Virus record (IMG/VR): IMGVR_UViG_3300021400_004415
Direction: 5' to 3' (one strand)
DNA: 64,000 nucleotides
Origin: an uncultured virus (IMG/VR IMGVR_UViG_3300021400_004415)
Taxonomy: Duplodnaviria; Heunggongvirae; Uroviricota; Caudoviricetes
Made by a program: the position numbers and the translations under genes. Below are positions 55,027 through 64,000 of this stretch, piece by piece (within the stretch, counting starts at the first letter, position 1; every line of letters starts with the position of its first letter). The notes under the pieces are model-generated. The model saw only the letters and a list, made by a program, of their open reading frames with translations. It had not been told where the DNA came from and did not search any database.

Positions 55027-57336
55027 ATGAAAACACTTCGATATACTTTAATAGCCTTGATGGCTCTTGTCGCTTCCTCCTGTGACTTTGTGTCAAAGGA
55101 GGGCGCTTCGTATCCGTTCGATGTAACGGTTGATGTCCGTGATGGCTTGCTTAATGCAGACGGCACTCTGGTACAGCATCCAGAGGTGGCGTTTAAGATT
55201 ACGAGTGAGGATCCAGGCGCTGTATATACGATGGTTTATTCCATTGATAACGGTGAGACCGTTACACGTGAAAATCTTGTCGGAAGTGATGTCAGCGTTA
55301 TCCTGAATAGCGACTTTGATGAATTCAAGGATTACGGAAGTCATGTCTTGAAGGGTAAGATTACCCTTGATAAGGATACTAATCGTGCAAAGGCGTTCAC
55401 TGCTACAGTCTGGATGAAATATGTTCCGATTGTTGTTTCTGAAATGTATTTCAACGGTTATGACGGCAGGAAGACATTTAAGGATAAATGCGTCCTTAAT
55501 TCTGAATCGTCCGGCGATTTCGTGATTGTATACACGCCTGTGGAATCTTATTCCAATATCGATATCAAGTGTGCTCCTGAGGGAGTTCTTGAGTTTGACA
55601 TGAGCGAGATGAAGCACGAAGCTGGTAAGTTTACGATTCCGTATACCGTCAATGGCGTTGGCGAGCCGAAGGTGTCTTTGACTTTCACCAACGGACCGGA
55701 TGTGAACGCCTATACGCATGAGGTGGATTGCCGTGAGGATGATGCGAGCAATTATTTCGTCCCTTACTGGGAGGCGCCCGCAGTCATTCTTTCTGGTGCT
55801 GAATACTCGGTCTCCGTCGGTCTCTCCTCCGGCAATATTGAAAAGCCGTATAACGTTTCTTTCATGCTGGACGGACAGGAGATATCGTCGTATTCCGACG
55901 TGATGTTCAATCGCCCTGTTGCTTATACTCTTAGTGCCGATGGATTGCAGCCGGGTGAGCATAGTCTTGTTTGCGAGGTGTCTATCCAGAACGGTAATTC
56001 GGTTGAGTTGTCTCAGACGGTTTTCGTTGTGCCTCAGGAATTGAGTTTCTCTGGAAGCGACGGAACGTTGATAAGTTCTTTCCCCGGCCAGGTTTCAATC
56101 TTGGCAATAGGGGAGAGTTATTCCCTGAGATATAACGATGTCCCGGCTGATGTGTTGTCTTCTCTGGAGTTTGTTTCTAACTCTGAAAGTACCATTGAGG
56201 GGATGATGTACCATGCGTCTGCTCGTGGTGAGAACACTCTCACTGTGAGTGCCTGTGACGGACAGGGTGGAACACTTGATTATTCTCTTGTTCATAAGGA
56301 TAAGATTGTGCTTGAATGCACAATTCCCGATCTTGTCTTTACCGATGAGGGTATAAAAATTTCGATGAAGCTCTTGAAAGGAGATGCATCGAAAAATTAT
56401 AAAGCTGAGATTTCTTTTGATGGTAGTCCTGATACTGCGTTCGCGTTTAATTTCTCCAACGGGAGTTTCGAGTATGAGTTGAATGACGACCATAGGGAAG
56501 GGGAACATATTGTCGGCGTAAAGGTTTATTCCGAGGATGGTTTTTCTACTGTCTGGGAGAAGTCGTCCGATGTTTTCATTTTCCATTTGATGTTTACGGC
56601 ATGGAACGATAACGAGTCTTTCACTTTTGATGCACTGGCAGGTCATGAACTGGAGTATTCGCATCAGTATAAGCTTGCTTTCCCAAATATGCCCGTGCGG
56701 TTCGTTGACCGTTTCAGTGTAGTTGCGATGACCGAGGGTATCACTTGTGACAAGAGAAACCTGGGCGAAGGAAGTGTTTACTGGGATGTCCAAGCAAACA
56801 AATTTGGCGTAGAATCACTTTGGGTTTTGTACACCAATGCAAGTGATGTACAAAGCAAGTACATAGTAAAATTCCCGGTGAATGATAATTTCTCCTTGTC
56901 ATTCACCACTGACGGGAAATATCTTTACGCACAGGTTTCTGGCGTTGATAGTTTTTCTACTATGGGCGTACAGGGCTCTTATACCGTGAGTGGTTATGCA
57001 TGGGGGTCTCAGTCTGGCGACTTGGAGCATATTCAGTCAGAAACTACCACATTGTGTGATCCGATGTATTGTGAGATTGTTTGCTCAAATAACTCCAAGC
57101 AACAGCTTCATACTTATGTTTCTATTGATGCCCCCGCGAACTCTGTTCAGGGTTCTTGGAAATCTTTTGAATATGAGGCTTTACGTTTGGTTATTTACAT
57201 AAGGACAGAGAAAGATAATATGAACAAGAACCAATCGTTCACGCAATATCACAAGTGTAAATTGGATTTCTCAGGACTTGAGGAACATTCTCCTTTTAAC
57301 CGGGATACTTATTTCAATATTGTACTGAAACGCTGA
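55027..57336 (+). CDS. Large multi-Ig-domain lipoprotein, N-terminus TraQ-like
   Basis: Lipobox ASSC, SYPFDVTV; recurring G(S/E)H beta modules. Confidence 0.55.
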   Translation: MKTLRYTLIALMALVASSCDFVSKEGASYPFDVTVDVRDGLLNADGTLVQHPEVAFKITSEDPGAVYTMVYSIDNGETVTRENLVGSDVSVILNSDFDEFKDYGSHVLKGKITLDKDTNRAKAFTATVWMKYVPIVVSEMYFNGYDGRKTFKDKCVLNSESSGDFVIVYTPVESYSNIDIKCAPEGVLEFDMSEMKHEAGKFTIPYTVNGVGEPKVSLTFTNGPDVNAYTHEVDCREDDASNYFVPYWEAPAVILSGAEYSVSVGLSSGNIEKPYNVSFMLDGQEISSYSDVMFNRPVAYTLSADGLQPGEHSLVCEVSIQNGNSVELSQTVFVVPQELSFSGSDGTLISSFPGQVSILAIGESYSLRYNDVPADVLSSLEFVSNSESTIEGMMYHASARGENTLTVSACDGQGGTLDYSLVHKDKIVLECTIPDLVFTDEGIKISMKLLKGDASKNYKAEISFDGSPDTAFAFNFSNGSFEYELNDDHREGEHIVGVKVYSEDGFSTVWEKSSDVFIFHLMFTAWNDNESFTFDALAGHELEYSHQYKLAFPNMPVRFVDRFSVVAMTEGITCDKRNLGEGSVYWDVQANKFGVESLWVLYTNASDVQSKYIVKFPVNDNFSLSFTTDGKYLYAQVSGVDSFSTMGVQGSYTVSGYAWGSQSGDLEHIQSETTTLCDPMYCEIVCSNNSKQQLHTYVSIDAPANSVQGSWKSFEYEALRLVIYIRTEKDNMNKNQSFTQYHKCKLDFSGLEEHSPFNRDTYFNIVLKR

Positions 57337-57341
57337 CAGAT

Positions 57342-57596
57342 ATGACGGACCGTAAGAAGGAGTATATGCTTGTCATTTTAGGGATATGTGTTATAGGTTA
57401 TCTTTTGATATCGACACTCAGTTATGCCGTCAGGTATTTGTCAGGTGAAAGGGAAGAGGACAGGACTGCCGAGTATGCGGATTCCCTGGTAAGTAAAGCA
57501 ATGGGCTTTTTCTATCCCGATAACAGGGATTCTGAGGTTGAAGCGGACAGTCTTTCTTCGGCGGTAGACACATTGAATTTAATTTTTGTTGAGTGA
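57342..57596 (+). CDS. Small membrane-anchored hypothetical protein
   Basis: Single N-terminal transmembrane segment; operon packing. Confidence 0.65.
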   Translation: MTDRKKEYMLVILGICVIGYLLISTLSYAVRYLSGEREEDRTAEYADSLVSKAMGFFYPDNRDSEVEADSLSSAVDTLNLIFVE

Positions 57597-57597
57597 T

Positions 57598-58155
57598 ATG
57601 TTTAAGAAAATTTTTGTTATGGTCTTCTGCGCTTGCGTCCTTGCCTTTTCGGCAAGCGCACAGCGGTTCTCGGTTGGAACCAACGCCGTTGACCTTCTTT
57701 CTCTCGGAACGCTTGAGGCTGAGGCGTCTATTGCCGTTTCCCAGCACTGGTCTTTCCATGTAGGCGCTGAACTTAACCCGTGGACATGGAACGCAGGGGA
57801 CCAGAAGACACAGCTCCAGAGTCGCCAGAACTCTTACTGGGGCGGAGCCCGTTACTGGCCGTGGCACGTCTATTCCGGTTGGTGGTGGGGTGCCGACGCA
57901 CGTTATTCCGTTTATAACGTGGGTGGCATCATCAAGCGCGACACCCAGGAGGGCGACGCTTATGGCGTCGGTGCCTACGGCGGTTATTCTATCATGCTGA
58001 GCACTTATTGGAACCTCGATCTTGGTGTCGGCCTTTGGGGTGGTTGGACCAACTACACCCGTTACGCCTGCCCTGTGTGCGGAACGAGGGTGGAGGAAGG
58101 GACGAAACCGTTCATCCTCCCGGATGCCCGTATAGCTATCCAGCTGATTTTCTAA
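57598..58155 (+). CDS. DUF3575 family outer-membrane protein
   Basis: VGTNAVDLL, LNPWTW, GARYWPW, WNLDLGVGLWGG, YACPVCG. Confidence 0.85.
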   Translation: MFKKIFVMVFCACVLAFSASAQRFSVGTNAVDLLSLGTLEAEASIAVSQHWSFHVGAELNPWTWNAGDQKTQLQSRQNSYWGGARYWPWHVYSGWWWGADARYSVYNVGGIIKRDTQEGDAYGVGAYGGYSIMLSTYWNLDLGVGLWGGWTNYTRYACPVCGTRVEEGTKPFILPDARIAIQLIF

Positions 58156-58171
58156 ACTTAGATGTTAGACG

Positions 58172-60151
58172 ATGAAGAAGCAAACTTGGATATTTACTCT
58201 CGTTCTGTTCGTCTTGCTTTCCGCGGTCCTTTCCTGCGGAACGTCAAAGAAGATACAGACCGTGCAGACTAAGCAGTTGTCTGCTTATCTGGCTCTTTCC
58301 CGCAACGAGCTTGCGGAGGAACGTAAGGTCATCAACTCCGGTGACCGCGATACCCTCGTCATCAAGGACGATGAAGGAAAGGAGTTCATTCTTATGAAGG
58401 CTATCCGTGACGAGGAGACTGGCGAGATGGTCGCCAACGAGGTTATCGACGCGGCTGTTATTACGGCGAAGTTCCGCAACGTGGCCGAGCGTCACGGTAA
58501 GGTGGATCTCCGCTTTGAGGTCATCGTCCCCCAGGAGATGATTGACACGAAGTGGCAGCTTGTCTTCAATCCGGATATGTTCATCCTTGAAGACAGCATC
58601 CGCCTGGAGCCTGTTATCATCACGGGTGAGGATTTCCGCAAGAAACAGGTGCGTGGTTATGAGGCTTATGACAGGTATCTTAAGAGTATTATTACAGACT
58701 CGACGGCGTTTGTTGACTGGAGAAACGTAAATGTCTGGATATCAAGGAATTTGCCTGATTTGTACCGTTATAAGAACGATACCTCTTTCGTGGATCTTGA
58801 CGAATTCCACTCCCGTTTCGGCCCGACTGAACGGGATGCCATTCTGCACTATACTTTGTGGTCCAAGAAACGTCATCACGAGAAGATGTGGTACGAGCGC
58901 GGTCATAAGTTCGAGGAACTGGTTAAGGTTCCTATCCGCAAGACCGGAATCAAGCTCGATACCGTCCTCCGTGACGTGCAGGGTAACTTCGTTTTCCAGT
59001 ACACCCAGACTATCAAGACCCGTCCTAAGCTTCGTAAGGTGGACGTGGTGCTTTCCGGCGATATCTATGAGCAAGACCAGCACCTGTACAGTATGCCCCG
59101 GAGCGAACCTTTGACTTTCTATATTTCTTCCCTGTCTTCCTTCGTGGATAACACGGAGCGTTATATGACAAAGATTATCGAGCGTAGGGCTTCGGCCAAT
59201 ACCGCTTGCTATGTGGATTTTGCTCAGGGTAAGTCCGATATTGACATGTCCCTCGGTCATAACGAGGAGGAGATGGGCCGTATCAGGGGCAATATCCGGG
59301 AGTTGCTTAACAATACCACCTTTGATATTGACTCAATTGTGATTGCGGCCTCCGCATCGCCCGAAGGAACTACCAAGGCTAACGGCCTGCTTGCCGAGAA
59401 GCGTGCTGCATCTGTTGCTAATTATTTCCAGGATTATATCAGGCATTATCGTGACTCGGTTCGTAAGAATTCCTTCGCCCTTGAAGTGGACGAGAACGGA
59501 CGCGAAAGGGTGGTTCACACGGAGGTGCCTAACATTTCCTTTAGTTCTCATTCTGCTGGAGAGAACTGGCCTTATCTGACTGTTCTTGTGGATGAAGATA
59601 GCGTGCTGACTCAGGCTGACAAGTTCAACTTTATGAAGAAGCTTGAGATTGCTGATGTGGATGCTCGTGAGAAGGAGATGCAGTCCGAGCCTTACTATAA
59701 GTACATGAGAGAAAACCTTTATCCGAGGCTCAGGACTACGAAATTTAGCTTTTTCTTAAGTCGCCGTAACATGCAAAAGGACACGATTCATACTACTGTC
59801 CTTGATAGTACTTACATGCAGGGTGTCCAGTATCTGCGTGACCGTGAGTACGAGAAAGCCCTGACTCTCCTGCGTGATTACCGGGATTACAACACGGCTA
59901 TCGCATACGTGTCCTTGGATTACAATGCTTCCGCAATGGCTATCCTCCAGGAACTTAAGAAAACCCCTCAGGTGAACTATATGCTTGCTCTCCTGTATGC
60001 TCGTAACAACGACGATCAGAAAGCCGTCCAGCATTATATGGATGCCTGTAAACAGGAGCATTCCTATGTCTTCCGAGGAAACCTTGACCCTGAGATTTAT
60101 GTCCTTATTCAGCGTTACGGCTTGAATAAGCAGGAAGATGAAGAATTCTAA
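58172..60151 (+). CDS. DUF3868/OmpA-like lipoprotein with C-terminal TPR-like region, pilus-locus associated
   Basis: Lipobox LSC, VDFAQGKSDID, ASASPEG..N..LA.KRA, GENW, LYPRLR. Confidence 0.75.
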   Translation: MKKQTWIFTLVLFVLLSAVLSCGTSKKIQTVQTKQLSAYLALSRNELAEERKVINSGDRDTLVIKDDEGKEFILMKAIRDEETGEMVANEVIDAAVITAKFRNVAERHGKVDLRFEVIVPQEMIDTKWQLVFNPDMFILEDSIRLEPVIITGEDFRKKQVRGYEAYDRYLKSIITDSTAFVDWRNVNVWISRNLPDLYRYKNDTSFVDLDEFHSRFGPTERDAILHYTLWSKKRHHEKMWYERGHKFEELVKVPIRKTGIKLDTVLRDVQGNFVFQYTQTIKTRPKLRKVDVVLSGDIYEQDQHLYSMPRSEPLTFYISSLSSFVDNTERYMTKIIERRASANTACYVDFAQGKSDIDMSLGHNEEEMGRIRGNIRELLNNTTFDIDSIVIAASASPEGTTKANGLLAEKRAASVANYFQDYIRHYRDSVRKNSFALEVDENGRERVVHTEVPNISFSSHSAGENWPYLTVLVDEDSVLTQADKFNFMKKLEIADVDAREKEMQSEPYYKYMRENLYPRLRTTKFSFFLSRRNMQKDTIHTTVLDSTYMQGVQYLRDREYEKALTLLRDYRDYNTAIAYVSLDYNASAMAILQELKKTPQVNYMLALLYARNNDDQKAVQHYMDACKQEHSYVFRGNLDPEIYVLIQRYGLNKQEDEEF

Positions 60152-60210
60152 CAGACAATTATAAATACTTTTTATCAACCATTTTATAAACCTTTTTTAA
60201 CAAAAGTATC

Positions 60211-61356
60211 ATGAAAAAAATTTCTATTCTTTCCCTGACTGTCGCCGCCCTGTTCGGCGCTTTCTCCTGCAACAAGAACGTTGTTACTCCCGAGGAGCAG
60301 GTTCTTGGTGACCTCCCTAACGGTTCCCTTACCGTCAACATCGGCGCCGTCGATGAGACCAAGGCAGACCTTTCCGCCATGAAGGATTTCCGCATCAACA
60401 GTGTCCAGGTCTTCGTCTTTGACGCCAACAACCGTCTTGAGACCGACGTTTACAAGGACGGTATCAGCGCTGACAACAGCACTCAGGTTACTATCAACAC
60501 CAAGACCGGCGCCAAGACCGTTTACGCTCTCCTTAACCACAGCCGTCTGAGTTTCACTACCGGTTCTGCCGGACAGCTTCTGGCTGACTACGAGGCTAAG
60601 CTCACCGACCTCAGCGAGAACACCAGTGAGACCGACCTTGTGATGACCGGTAAGAACACCGTGAACGTTACCGATTACAACAACCAGGGCGCCGGTGGCA
60701 CTCCTCAGGCTGTTAACATCTTCGTGAAGCGTCTTGTTTCCCGCATCCAGCTTGACGGTGTAACCGTTGACTTCCGCGGTACTTCCCTCGAAGGTGCAGA
60801 CTTCACCGTTCAGAAGATTTATCTGAAGAACGTTGTTGGTAAGAGCCCTATCGGCATGCAGGGTCTGACTGGCGTTTCTGACGTTACTTCCACTATCCTT
60901 CCTAAGCTTCTTCCCGACGATCAGTATGATGTTGCTGCCAACTGGTACAACAAGATGAAGGAAGAGGCCGGCGCACCTGCCGTTATTTCGGATTCTTATT
61001 CCAAGGCTTGCAACGTGGCCGGCACCATGACCGACCTCAAGCGCGTTCTGTTTGCATTCCCCAACGCTACCAGCGGTGACAGCAATAACGCCACCTGGGG
61101 CAAGCGTCACACCCGTATCGCTATCAAGGCTCACGTTACCAAGTCTGCCGTAGGCATTGACAAGGACACCTACTATGTTCTTGACCTGCCCGTCCTCGTA
61201 GCTAACACTATCTACGAAATCGACAACATCAACATCACCCAGCTTGGTAAGGATGACGACAGCTCCGACGAGGGTATCAAGGTTGGTAAGGAGACCTACA
61301 CTATCACCGTGGATCCTTGGAACCCTACAATCACTCACCTGAACTACGAGTTCTAA
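60211..61356 (+). CDS. Type V pilus subunit, probable major fimbrillin (FimA/Mfa1-like)
   Basis: Lipobox FSC, TKA processing site, VQVFVFD, YALLN, VKRLVSRI, C-terminal ITVDPW strand; strongly biased codon usage. Confidence 0.85.
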   Translation: MKKISILSLTVAALFGAFSCNKNVVTPEEQVLGDLPNGSLTVNIGAVDETKADLSAMKDFRINSVQVFVFDANNRLETDVYKDGISADNSTQVTINTKTGAKTVYALLNHSRLSFTTGSAGQLLADYEAKLTDLSENTSETDLVMTGKNTVNVTDYNNQGAGGTPQAVNIFVKRLVSRIQLDGVTVDFRGTSLEGADFTVQKIYLKNVVGKSPIGMQGLTGVSDVTSTILPKLLPDDQYDVAANWYNKMKEEAGAPAVISDSYSKACNVAGTMTDLKRVLFAFPNATSGDSNNATWGKRHTRIAIKAHVTKSAVGIDKDTYYVLDLPVLVANTIYEIDNINITQLGKDDDSSDEGIKVGKETYTITVDPWNPTITHLNYEF

Positions 61357-61461
61357 TTTCTTCTGAGGGAATTGTCTGCGTCAGTCGCACTGCCATGACG
61401 GCTTGACGTAGCGGGCGGGAACAGATTCATAGGCTTTTGGTCTTCCCGCCCTCCCTTTCTC

Positions 61462-61555
61462 GGGGGACTGCCTGGCGCACTGGTCGCCGTATGACTTTCC
61501 GGACACAAAAATTCATTACGGCATCCTGGGGGTTCGACACCCTTGTCCTCCACAA
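61462..61555 (+). ncRNA. tRNA-like element with G3-U70/A73 acceptor stem and T-arm
   Basis: GGGGGAC pairs with GTCCTCC, then A-CAA; T-arm GGGGG-TTCGACA-CCCTT; central GCCGTATGA/TCATTACGGC helix; no canonical anticodon arm. Confidence 0.55.
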
Positions 61556-61569
61556 TTTTAAATTAAACC

Positions 61570-62415
61570 ATGAAGAAGTTTTTTATCATACTTTCCGCTG
61601 CCTTGGGCATCGTATCATGCAGGAGCCTCGTTCTTGAGAACAGGGTGGACTGCCCCAGTTTCCTTTATTTCGACATTGAGAACAGTGAGCGTTTCGAGGA
61701 CTGGGACAGCCTCTATGTCAACGTCTATGCGCATCCGAATGGTTCGCTTATCGACGAGGCCAAGACTATTATCTCTACCGTCCAAACTGAGGACAGGTCG
61801 AAGAAGTTCTACTTCGTCGTCAAAGGAACCGAAGCCGTCAAGGGCTACGGTCTCCTTGGGCAGGACGGGCTTATCCAGGACGGGACGTCATGGGTGACCC
61901 CTCTCGGAAGTGAGTATGCTCCGCTGTTCCGTTTCTCTTATATCGAGAATGTGCAGGAAGAATCGTTCACCGTCCCCGTGGAGTTCGTGAAGGATTACTG
62001 TCACGTAAAGGTTCAATTCGTGGGCTATGAGACCTTTGCAGCCGCTATGGGGCGTTTCCCTTTCGATGTCCTTATCCGCAGCAATACGAGCGGAATAGAC
62101 GCCCTTACGGGCATCCCCGTGCGTTCTCCGTTCGAGTTCCGCCCCGAGGAGAAGAAGGTCGGCTTCTTTGAGTTTAATTTGCCGCGTCTCGGCGACCAGA
62201 ACCTCACCATGGAACTCTACGGCCGTGAGGGCCTTGCCGAGAGGACGGGCCACACTGCGACGTTCGATCTGTACGCCGACCTGCTCAACCAGGGCGGCCT
62301 GACATGGACCGAGAAGAACCTTCCTGATGTGGATATCATCATCGACTACCAGGAGCACACCGTGAATATCAACGTCTGCGCCTGGTCGCATAACGATATC
62401 TCCTACGAGTATTAA
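61570..62415 (+). CDS. Type V pilus anchor subunit (FimB/Mfa2-like)
   Basis: Lipobox VSC followed by LENRVDCP; C-terminal INVCAW strand. Confidence 0.75.
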   Translation: MKKFFIILSAALGIVSCRSLVLENRVDCPSFLYFDIENSERFEDWDSLYVNVYAHPNGSLIDEAKTIISTVQTEDRSKKFYFVVKGTEAVKGYGLLGQDGLIQDGTSWVTPLGSEYAPLFRFSYIENVQEESFTVPVEFVKDYCHVKVQFVGYETFAAAMGRFPFDVLIRSNTSGIDALTGIPVRSPFEFRPEEKKVGFFEFNLPRLGDQNLTMELYGREGLAERTGHTATFDLYADLLNQGGLTWTEKNLPDVDIIIDYQEHTVNINVCAWSHNDISYEY

Positions 62416-62435
62416 ACCGTAAACCAGTGTCAGTC

Positions 62436-63197
62436 ATGAGTAAGAGATATATCATAGCAGCAGCCTTTTTGGGCGTAGTCCTTTTCGGTGGCCTGTCTTG
62501 CAAGAAAGCCCCTGTGGAAGAGAAGGACGCCTTCACCGTGGCACTTTCCTTCAAGGCTTCTCCGACTCTCTCCCAGAGTATCCCTTCGCGTTTCCGCGTG
62601 AGTTTCTTCACTGACGGCGTGCAGACAGCCGTAAGGGATATCGAGAGTGTCAAGATTATGAATGAAGGATTCCTTTTCGACGTGGTCCGTGGCACCGAAT
62701 TCGAGTTGTCCGCCGTTTACGGCTGGCCTTATGGCACGGAGTGGTACCAGAACGGTTCCATTTCCATTCCGTATGGTTGGATGATGCCCTCCGCCGGAGG
62801 CGCTTATATCAAGGAGGCTTTTCCCTCTGACAAAGAGGCTCATATACCCTTCGGGCTGGAGTTCAGGAAACTCTATTACGAGTTCCCTGTCATCATTGAA
62901 GGTGAAGAGGGAGTGAAGTACACCGTCTCGTTTGACTGCAAGGTGGCGGGCTTCTCCTGGCCCGAACTGGAGCCCCTTCCGGGACACTATCACTACGAGA
63001 TAGAGATTGACGGCAAGGGACACGACACCGTGCGTATCCCCGTCATTGATGACAATGCGGTGATGGACCTGTCCGTTACCGGACGCGACGCGGACGGGGT
63101 TGTGGTCTACGGGCCGGAGAAGGAGATGTGCCTTGGTTCCGTCGTAAGCGGCAAGGATGGAGAGGTGTTCTCCGTGATTAAGAGGATTGGAAAATAA
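62436..63197 (+). CDS. Pilus-locus lipoprotein (FimB-like paralog)
   Basis: Lipobox LSC; partial similarity to the preceding gene. Confidence 0.55.
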   Translation: MSKRYIIAAAFLGVVLFGGLSCKKAPVEEKDAFTVALSFKASPTLSQSIPSRFRVSFFTDGVQTAVRDIESVKIMNEGFLFDVVRGTEFELSAVYGWPYGTEWYQNGSISIPYGWMMPSAGGAYIKEAFPSDKEAHIPFGLEFRKLYYEFPVIIEGEEGVKYTVSFDCKVAGFSWPELEPLPGHYHYEIEIDGKGHDTVRIPVIDDNAVMDLSVTGRDADGVVVYGPEKEMCLGSVVSGKDGEVFSVIKRIGK

Positions 63198-63215
63198 AAA
63201 AAATAAAACTACGAT

Positions 63216-64000
63216 ATGAAAAGTTATATTAGAACTGTTTTGCTTGCAGCGGCCTTGGTAGCTGCCGCATCGTGTGCGAAACCTCTTTCATCGGTTCCGA
63301 CTCACCGCACCGTGGTCGAGGGTGAGCGTGTCACGCTCTCTTTCTCGGCCTTGGACGGGCTTCGGGCAACCAAGTTGACGGGGGTCTCGGAGGCCAACGA
63401 AACGAATATCGCCAGGTGGGCGGTCTTCGCTTTCGAGGATGCTACCGGCCTGGTGTCGTACGGCACGTCTTCTTCTTCCGCTCCAATCAACATGACTCTT
63501 ATTGCGGAGCATGATTACACTATCTACGCAGTGGTGAATTACCCCACGAGCGGGATCGGGGCTCTTGACCCTTCCGCTATCAGCACTGCTTCCGATCTGA
63601 CGAACAAGGTGTCTTATCTGACCGATAACACTTACAATCGTCTTCTTATGTTCGGCAGCACCACCCTTACCCCTGCCCGGCTTGACTATGATCCGGAGGA
63701 TGCCCCCGGCACTTATACTCCGGAGTCCGTCACTATTAATGTGCAGAGGATGGTCTCGCGTGTCGACGTGGTTAAAGTGGCGGTGGATTTCAGCGCCAAG
63801 CCGCATCTGGCGGCGAAGACATTCACCCTTAAGGGGCTTTATCTGACTAATGTGTATCGTACTGCCCGTTACGGTTCCGATTACGCTTTCTCGGAGCTCA
63901 GTGCCACCAGGACGGCTTGGTATAACACTGGCGGCTGGCATCGCGGCGAGTCCGCCGATGCGGGCATCGACGCACTTGCAAGCAACACCGGCATCAACGT
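63216..64000 (+). CDS. Type V pilus minor subunit (DUF4906-like), runs off window edge
   Basis: Manual translation MKSYIRTVLLAAALVAAASC..ATKL..WAVFAF..YTIYAVVN..VQRMVSRVDV; open to the edge. Confidence 0.8.
   Translation, partial: MKSYIRTVLLAAALVAAASCAKPLSSVPTHRTVVEGERVTLSFSALDGLRATKLTGVSEANETNIARWAVFAFEDATGLVSYGTSSSSAPINMTLIAEHDYTIYAVVNYPTSGIGALDPSAISTASDLTNKVSYLTDNTYNRLLMFGSTTLTPARLDYDPEDAPGTYTPESVTINVQRMVSRVDVVKVAVDFSAKPHLAAKTFTLKGLYLTNVYRTARYGSDYAFSELSATRTAWYNTGGWHRGESADAGIDALASNTGIN

Noticed and set aside
61462..61555. Canonical decoding tRNA or complete tmRNA
   Set aside because: No 7-nt anticodon loop, ambiguous D-arm, no tag reading frame; kept only as a tRNA-like element.

Overview
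The window is best read as part of a large conjugative plasmid (or plasmid-like ICE) of a Bacteroidales host, judged from TAnnTTTG promoter boxes, a Bacteroidetes-type relaxase and type V pilus genes. From left to right it contains: (1) a leftward mobC-ssb-relaxase-nrdD cluster with a probable oriT near 3.0 kb; (2) a ParA partition module with AT-rich repeats and a beta-clamp-like gene; (3) about 5.7 kb of almost non-coding, hairpin-rich DNA with two sets of iteron-like repeats that have no adjacent rep gene; (4) about 40 kb (11.8-51.5 kb) of roughly 70 genes, all on the minus strand and pointing toward oriT, consistent with a conjugative leading region. This block includes radC-comM-dprA, RNase HI, an orphan C5 methyltransferase, a MoxR AAA+/VWA pair, DUF1848, SLOG, DUF488, two more SSBs, two proteins with SSB-like acidic-PF tails and a probable DGR target gene, and is punctuated by eight related 170-260 nt structured elements that look like ssDNA promoters; (5) an 8-copy iteron array beside a probable Rep gene; (6) a TraO/TraQ-like plus type V pilus operon that runs off the right edge. 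The most notable observations are an apparently permuted ('split') ssDNA promoter architecture, a tRNA-Ala/tmRNA-like element inside the pilus operon, plasmid-borne transformation recombination genes, and a DGR variable region with no template or reverse transcriptase in the window. All family calls come from motif recognition by eye; no searches or folding programs were run.
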